NCBI GenBank assembly: GCA_024704765.1
Contig: JAKMXF010000322.1
Span: 124,001-188,000 of the forward strand
Source: Oopsacas minuta
Taxonomy: Eukaryota; Animalia; Porifera
Direction of reading: 5' to 3'
Length of the DNA stretch: 64,000 bases
Each line of letters opens with the position of its first letter. Positions within the stretch are counted from its first letter, which is position 1. The position numbers and the translations under genes were made by a program. Below the pieces are notes generated by a model that searched no databases, was not told where the DNA came from, and saw nothing but the letters and a program-made list of their open reading frames with translations. Positions 59,774-64,000 of the stretch are shown one piece after another.

Positions 59774-61826
59774 ATGTCCAAACCAATTCCAATCTCAGAC
59801 AAGTTTGCGAACAAATTTGAAGTCCTTGAGGGGCTTGGTAAAGGCGCATTCAGTATTGTTAAGAAATGTCGAGGCAAGCAGGGCGAAGTAACGGGGAAAG
59901 AGTTTGCTGTTAAGATTATCAAAACGAAAGAACTTACAGCAAAGATATTAGCTAAATTGGAAAAGGAATCAAGAATATGTAAAACACTCAAACATCCAAA
60001 TATTGTATCGCTACATTATTCCTACCAGGTTTGTGTATATTTTAGGCGCCATTTCTCCCAAAGGTGTCGTAATTTAATTACCTCCTCCCTTAGGAAGATA
60101 ATACTTTCTATATGGTACTTGATCTTGTTACAGGAGGCGAATTATTTGATGATATTGTTAAAAGGGAGTATTATTCCGAGTCGCAAGCTTCTAACTGTTT
60201 GAGACAAGTTCTGCAGGCATTACAGTTCTGTCACGAGAGAAATATTATACACAGGTTTGTGTTGTTTGTTTGTTGTTGTTTGTTGTTGTATTTAGGTGCC
60301 AATAGGATTGAGGAGTATTGGCAAGAATGCCACCAGAACAATTCGTGGTAGAATACTTGCAGACCCTCCCTGTATTATCTCAGGAATTCACTCAGGAAAT
60401 TTTGAAAATCATGAGAATTAGATATTTTCAATATCTCTGGATATCTTCTGGTATATAGGAGACCTGGAGATTGGGAGTAGGGGAACTCGAGCTTTGTTTT
60501 ACAGCCCCATTGGGCCAATACAAATTTTGCCGAATATTGATTGTTGTTATTTATTTACTTATAGAGACATCAAACCAGAGAATTTACTTCTCACTTCAAA
60601 ACATCAGCCGTCAAATATCAAATTGGCAGATTTCGGGCTCGCAGTCGAGCTGGAGAAATCTATAGATTTCGCTTGGTACGGATTCGCCGGCACTCCTGGC
60701 TATCTGTCTCCAGAAATTCTCCAGAAAGTACCCTACGGTAGACCAGTAGACCTCTGGGCCTGTGGAGTTATACTATATATTCTTTTGGTTAGTATTGGTT
60801 GCTATGCAGGTGTATTTAATATATGATAGCCAAGCCAGTGGTTCGTAACCTGGGGTTCATGGATCCTTGGTGGTCGACGGAGGGCAGTAAGGAATCCACA
60901 GTATCACAAATTTTGTATTGTAGTAATGGGCAGAGGTCCATTTACCCAATTGTCCCATAGGTCGGTTACCCTCCTTTTTGGCACGATGATCAACAGAAAC
61001 TGTACGCATCAATCCGAAATGGTGAATACGACTTTCCGAGTCCAGATTGGGATACAGTTACTGATGAGGCAAAAACTCTGGTCACGAGGCTATTGACTCG
61101 TGATCCTATGAAGAGATTAACAGCTGGTGAATCTCTTAAACAGTCCTGGATTTTCACGCCTGAATTGCCTTCAAAATTTCATCGTCAGGGGACAATTGAT
61201 GGATTGAGGTCTTTCAATGCTAGACGGAAGTTGAGGGGCGCAGTTATATCTACGATTCTCTCGAATCAGCTGATCAGGACACTTGGAGCGCATAAAGAAG
61301 CTCAGCTGATTCCTGGACCGAAACCCGTCTCAGCAGAAATGGTTTGTATTTTGTATTTGCATTAGACTTTAGACAAAACAGAAATACCTGATTCATAGTG
61401 TATTCATATTTTCACACCTTTTGTTGTCAGCACAAAACTGATTTTTTTTGTTTTTAGATTATCAATTTGACTAAGAAATTGATTGATTCTATAAAGTTGC
61501 GAGATTGGGAAACATACTCAACACTTTGTGACGCAGAGATGACTTGTTTTGAACCAGAGTGTCGCCAACAGATCGTAGGGGGCCTCCAATTCCACAAATT
61601 CTATTTCGAAAATTCCCGTGGGAATCTTGCGACACCTGAATACGAGATTTTGAAACCAAATGTGAAACTATTCAAAGAAAATGGGGCGGTAATTAGTTAC
61701 ATTAAAAAGGTAACAAATGTGTCGGAAAGTGGAGAAATTGTGTCACATGATGTGAAAGAAACCCGTGTGTGGAATATGGTTGGCGGGAAATGGAAATGTA
61801 TTCATTTCCATCGTTCTAGTTATTGA
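59774..61826 (+). CDS. CAMK2: Calcium/calmodulin-dependent protein kinase II; 5 exons (59774-60028, 60094-60254, 60565-60787, 60961-61341, 61458-61826)
   Basis: Motifs [42 protein letters not shown], regulatory [15 protein letters not shown] and hub domain [22 protein letters not shown]. Confidence 0.97.
60836..60950 (+). mobile_element. hAT-like MITE fragment (CAGTGGTTC..AACC terminus); family members carry a GGACGACAGCAGGGGGTCCACAGGATC-like core
   Basis: Related fragments at about 1-67, 8485, 14110, 18113-18190, 21870-21935, 33200, 43553-43632, 47580, 51640, 52660-52760 and 54625. Confidence 0.5.
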
Positions 61827-62091
61827 CTTTATTGTTTTTGAGTTTCACTTATTTTGTTATTATTTACGTTACTTTTATCACAACTTATTAGCAGTTACAT
61901 GTTTTCTAGTAAAAATGAGAAATAAACAACAATCGTGAATATAATACAAGTTATAACATCCAGTAGATAAACAAACAAACAGTTGAACACACGAAAGAAC
62001 AACAACAAACAACAAATATACGAATATAATAGATGCAATTCTCTCTAAATAATATAGTCTCGCAGATATAAACAAATAAACACCAATAATA

Positions 62092-64000
62092 TTAACAAAC
62101 AGTATATTTCCTCTCTGCAATGAGTTCTTGAGATTTTAGCGTGTATAGCGCAACCTTCTCTTCCCATTTCATATTTCGTAGTGTCTCTTTGATCCTGATT
62201 TGTTCCCTGTGCCTCCAAAAGTCGTCCGCGAATCCGTTCTCATTGTGATTACCGAAAAATACCGGATAGACTTTGGCCCTGTTGAATTGTTTGTCTCTCT
62301 CGAGGGAGCTTTCGATCTCCTCTTCGTTTTCATCGAAAAATTCGACACATACAGTTTTACAAATACCGAATGTCCGAATGAGATAGACCAAGAGATTGAA
62401 AGGGGGTGGGAAGAAGGACTTACGTTGGTACTCTTCGACAACTTCCAAGAATTGTGTTAGATAAATACTGTCCGCCTTGTCAGAGATCTCATCAAAAATT
62501 TTCGTGAAATAAGCAACCATTAAATTCAGGAGTAGAACATTGGAAGTTAATTGCAGGAAAATTATGAAAATATACGCAATAACAGCTGTGGAATTCCAAA
62601 AGACAGGAGAAGCTGAATTTGAATCGAAGCTAATCGATCCATTTTGGATAACATCGAGAGAGAATTCACCAAACACTTGATAAATTGGATTAAACAGTAA
62701 AATACGGAGTAACACCCAGCCACTCGATTCCGTAGAGGTTAACGTGACGCCAATAATGCCGAATCCCAGTGCGACTAGGAAAAATATCACAAGAAACTTA
62801 AGCATCCGTTTGAATCCGATATAACAAGTGTATATTAATGGTCCAAGCCCGCGGAACACGAGCACATATTGGAAGAATCTCATGTAGAGTAGGACAGCAA
62901 CTAGCCCGTATACTAGACGTGTTATGTTATTAATTGGCCCACCTAGATCACTCGTAGGAAATTGAATCGCGAATACGAATATTGTCACTCGCAATGCGAT
63001 CGTTACCAGAAAACTAAATGCTATTGAAATGTCTAATATATTCCAACCAGAGCTCAAATATTCCAACATAGCAGAATTGAGAATCCTCAGCCATTGGTTA
63101 TGCTTGACACGTTTCCCTTTCGATTTGTCTTCGATCAGGAACCGATATTGAAACACCTCGTCCAAGATGTAGGCGAACATGTATAAGAAATATATAATAT
63201 CAAAGGTGACGAATCCATTCACAGGTGTTGATCTCCATGTGACCATAAAGTGTACCGTGTACAACACAAGAAACAGAAAATAGAACAGTGCATGTATGTA
63301 GAAAGTTGTACTGGGGCTGATGTAATAATGATAGAAGAAATTTATACTCGTACGTTGCCAGGGTCTTTTCAAAGATTTTTTCAACTGTACACTAATGTTG
63401 ATGTTTTGATCATCGCTATTATCATATTTTGCTTGTAGTTTTGCTATTCCATTCCATACATTACGCACGTGGCCTTGTACACCCTCATGGGTGTAAAATA
63501 ATTGCTCTCCTGCATTGCTTGCAAGCTCTATCGCGGTCGAATTGTTCCAAAATGGTATTTTCGTCTCGAAAAGTTCGTTTAAGGTGAATTCATTCTTACC
63601 AATTGCGTGATCTAACAATCCGACAGCTAATTCCTCGAAATACGCAGCTTTTTGGACTAAAGTCTCTCTGTCATCCGTGCTGACCGCTGTGTCGAATCTC
63701 AGCTCCTTTTCCACACCATAAAGCAACCGGGAAATAGCCAGCGCATTCGCGATTTGATAAACACCCTTTTGAGTTCGATAGAATTCGCGATCAGTTGTCG
63801 ACAATTCCTGCAAATGTACACCCGAATATTCCAAGAAAAGTTCTGCTACCTCGTATCGTTGGCTCAGTACCCCCCACACCATAATATACTCTGTGAAATA
63901 AACCTCATAATGCGTCAAACTATGCAATTCATCGTGTTTCGGTACATCTGGACTATTCCACAGGAAACCGTCCCCCATTAATTTCTCAATTGCTAGTTGT
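62092..64000 (-). CDS. TRPM-like cation channel, C-terminal half; the reading frame is still open at the window edge
   Basis: Motifs IEKLMG, ANALAISRLL, FEELAVGLLD, S1 SPSTTFYIH, S3 SSGWNILD, S4-S5 LGPLI, pore QVFGEF, S6 NVLLLNLMVAYF and post-TRP FFPPPFNLL. Confidence 0.85.
   Translation of the reverse strand, partial: QLAIEKLMGDGFLWNSPDVPKHDELHSLTHYEVYFTEYIMVWGVLSQRYEVAELFLEYSGVHLQELSTTDREFYRTQKGVYQIANALAISRLLYGVEKELRFDTAVSTDDRETLVQKAAYFEELAVGLLDHAIGKNEFTLNELFETKIPFWNNSTAIELASNAGEQLFYTHEGVQGHVRNVWNGIAKLQAKYDNSDDQNINISVQLKKSLKRPWQRTSINFFYHYYISPSTTFYIHALFYFLFLVLYTVHFMVTWRSTPVNGFVTFDIIYFLYMFAYILDEVFQYRFLIEDKSKGKRVKHNQWLRILNSAMLEYLSSGWNILDISIAFSFLVTIALRVTIFVFAIQFPTSDLGGPINNITRLVYGLVAVLLYMRFFQYVLVFRGLGPLIYTCYIGFKRMLKFLVIFFLVALGFGIIGVTLTSTESSGWVLLRILLFNPIYQVFGEFSLDVIQNGSISFDSNSASPVFWNSTAVIAYIFIIFLQLTSNVLLLNLMVAYFTKIFDEISDKADSIYLTQFLEVVEEYQRKSFFPPPFNLLVYLIRTFGICKTVCVEFFDENEEEIESSLERDKQFNRAKVYPVFFGNHNENGFADDFWRHREQIRIKETLRNMKWEEKVALYTLKSQELIAERKYTVC

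Noticed and set aside
1-64000. tRNA, rRNA, snRNA or SL RNA genes
   Set aside because: No T-loop GGTTCRANYC in a cloverleaf context, rRNA signature or Sm-site hairpin was recognised by eye. tRNAscan-SE or Infernal would be needed to exclude them.

Overview
Compact, AT-rich eukaryotic (animal) genomic window with short GT-AG introns full of (AAAC)n/(GTTT)n microsatellite. I see no prokaryotic features, tRNA, rRNA or CRISPR. Gene content and style suggest a sponge, probably a hexactinellid; this is inference. 17 protein-coding loci were reconstructed by hand: divergent CSL/Su(H) (+), DUOXA (-) head-to-head with DUOX (+), coiled-coil+NHL gene A (+), disrupted PRA1/RABAC1 (+), myosin VI (+), 3-RRM hnRNP M/Gbp2-like (+), Sec61 alpha (+), NKCC-type SLC12 (+), p107/p130-like pocket protein (+), cryptochrome (-), NK2/3/4 homeobox (-), CPEB2/3/4-like with polyQ (+), NHL gene B (-), CaMKII (+) and a TRPM-like channel (-, runs off the end). 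Several MITE-like and minisatellite families are also present. The most interesting signals are: (1) the two NHL paralogs share near-identical promoters but differ by about 55 amino-acid versus about 11 silent changes, concentrated on the propeller top-face loops; (2) eight co-oriented genes with gaps down to 174 bp and apparently unpaired splice acceptors just before the ATGs, suggesting operons or trans-splicing; (3) roughly 10-fold excess of the T-box-type motif AGGTGTNA across the window; (4) a vertebrate-like DUOXA/DUOX bidirectional pair; (5) CPEB(polyQ), CaMKII and TRPM as close neighbours; (6) tandem arrays of NK-type CACTT sites on both sides of the NK gene. All alignments and counts were done by eye and are approximate.
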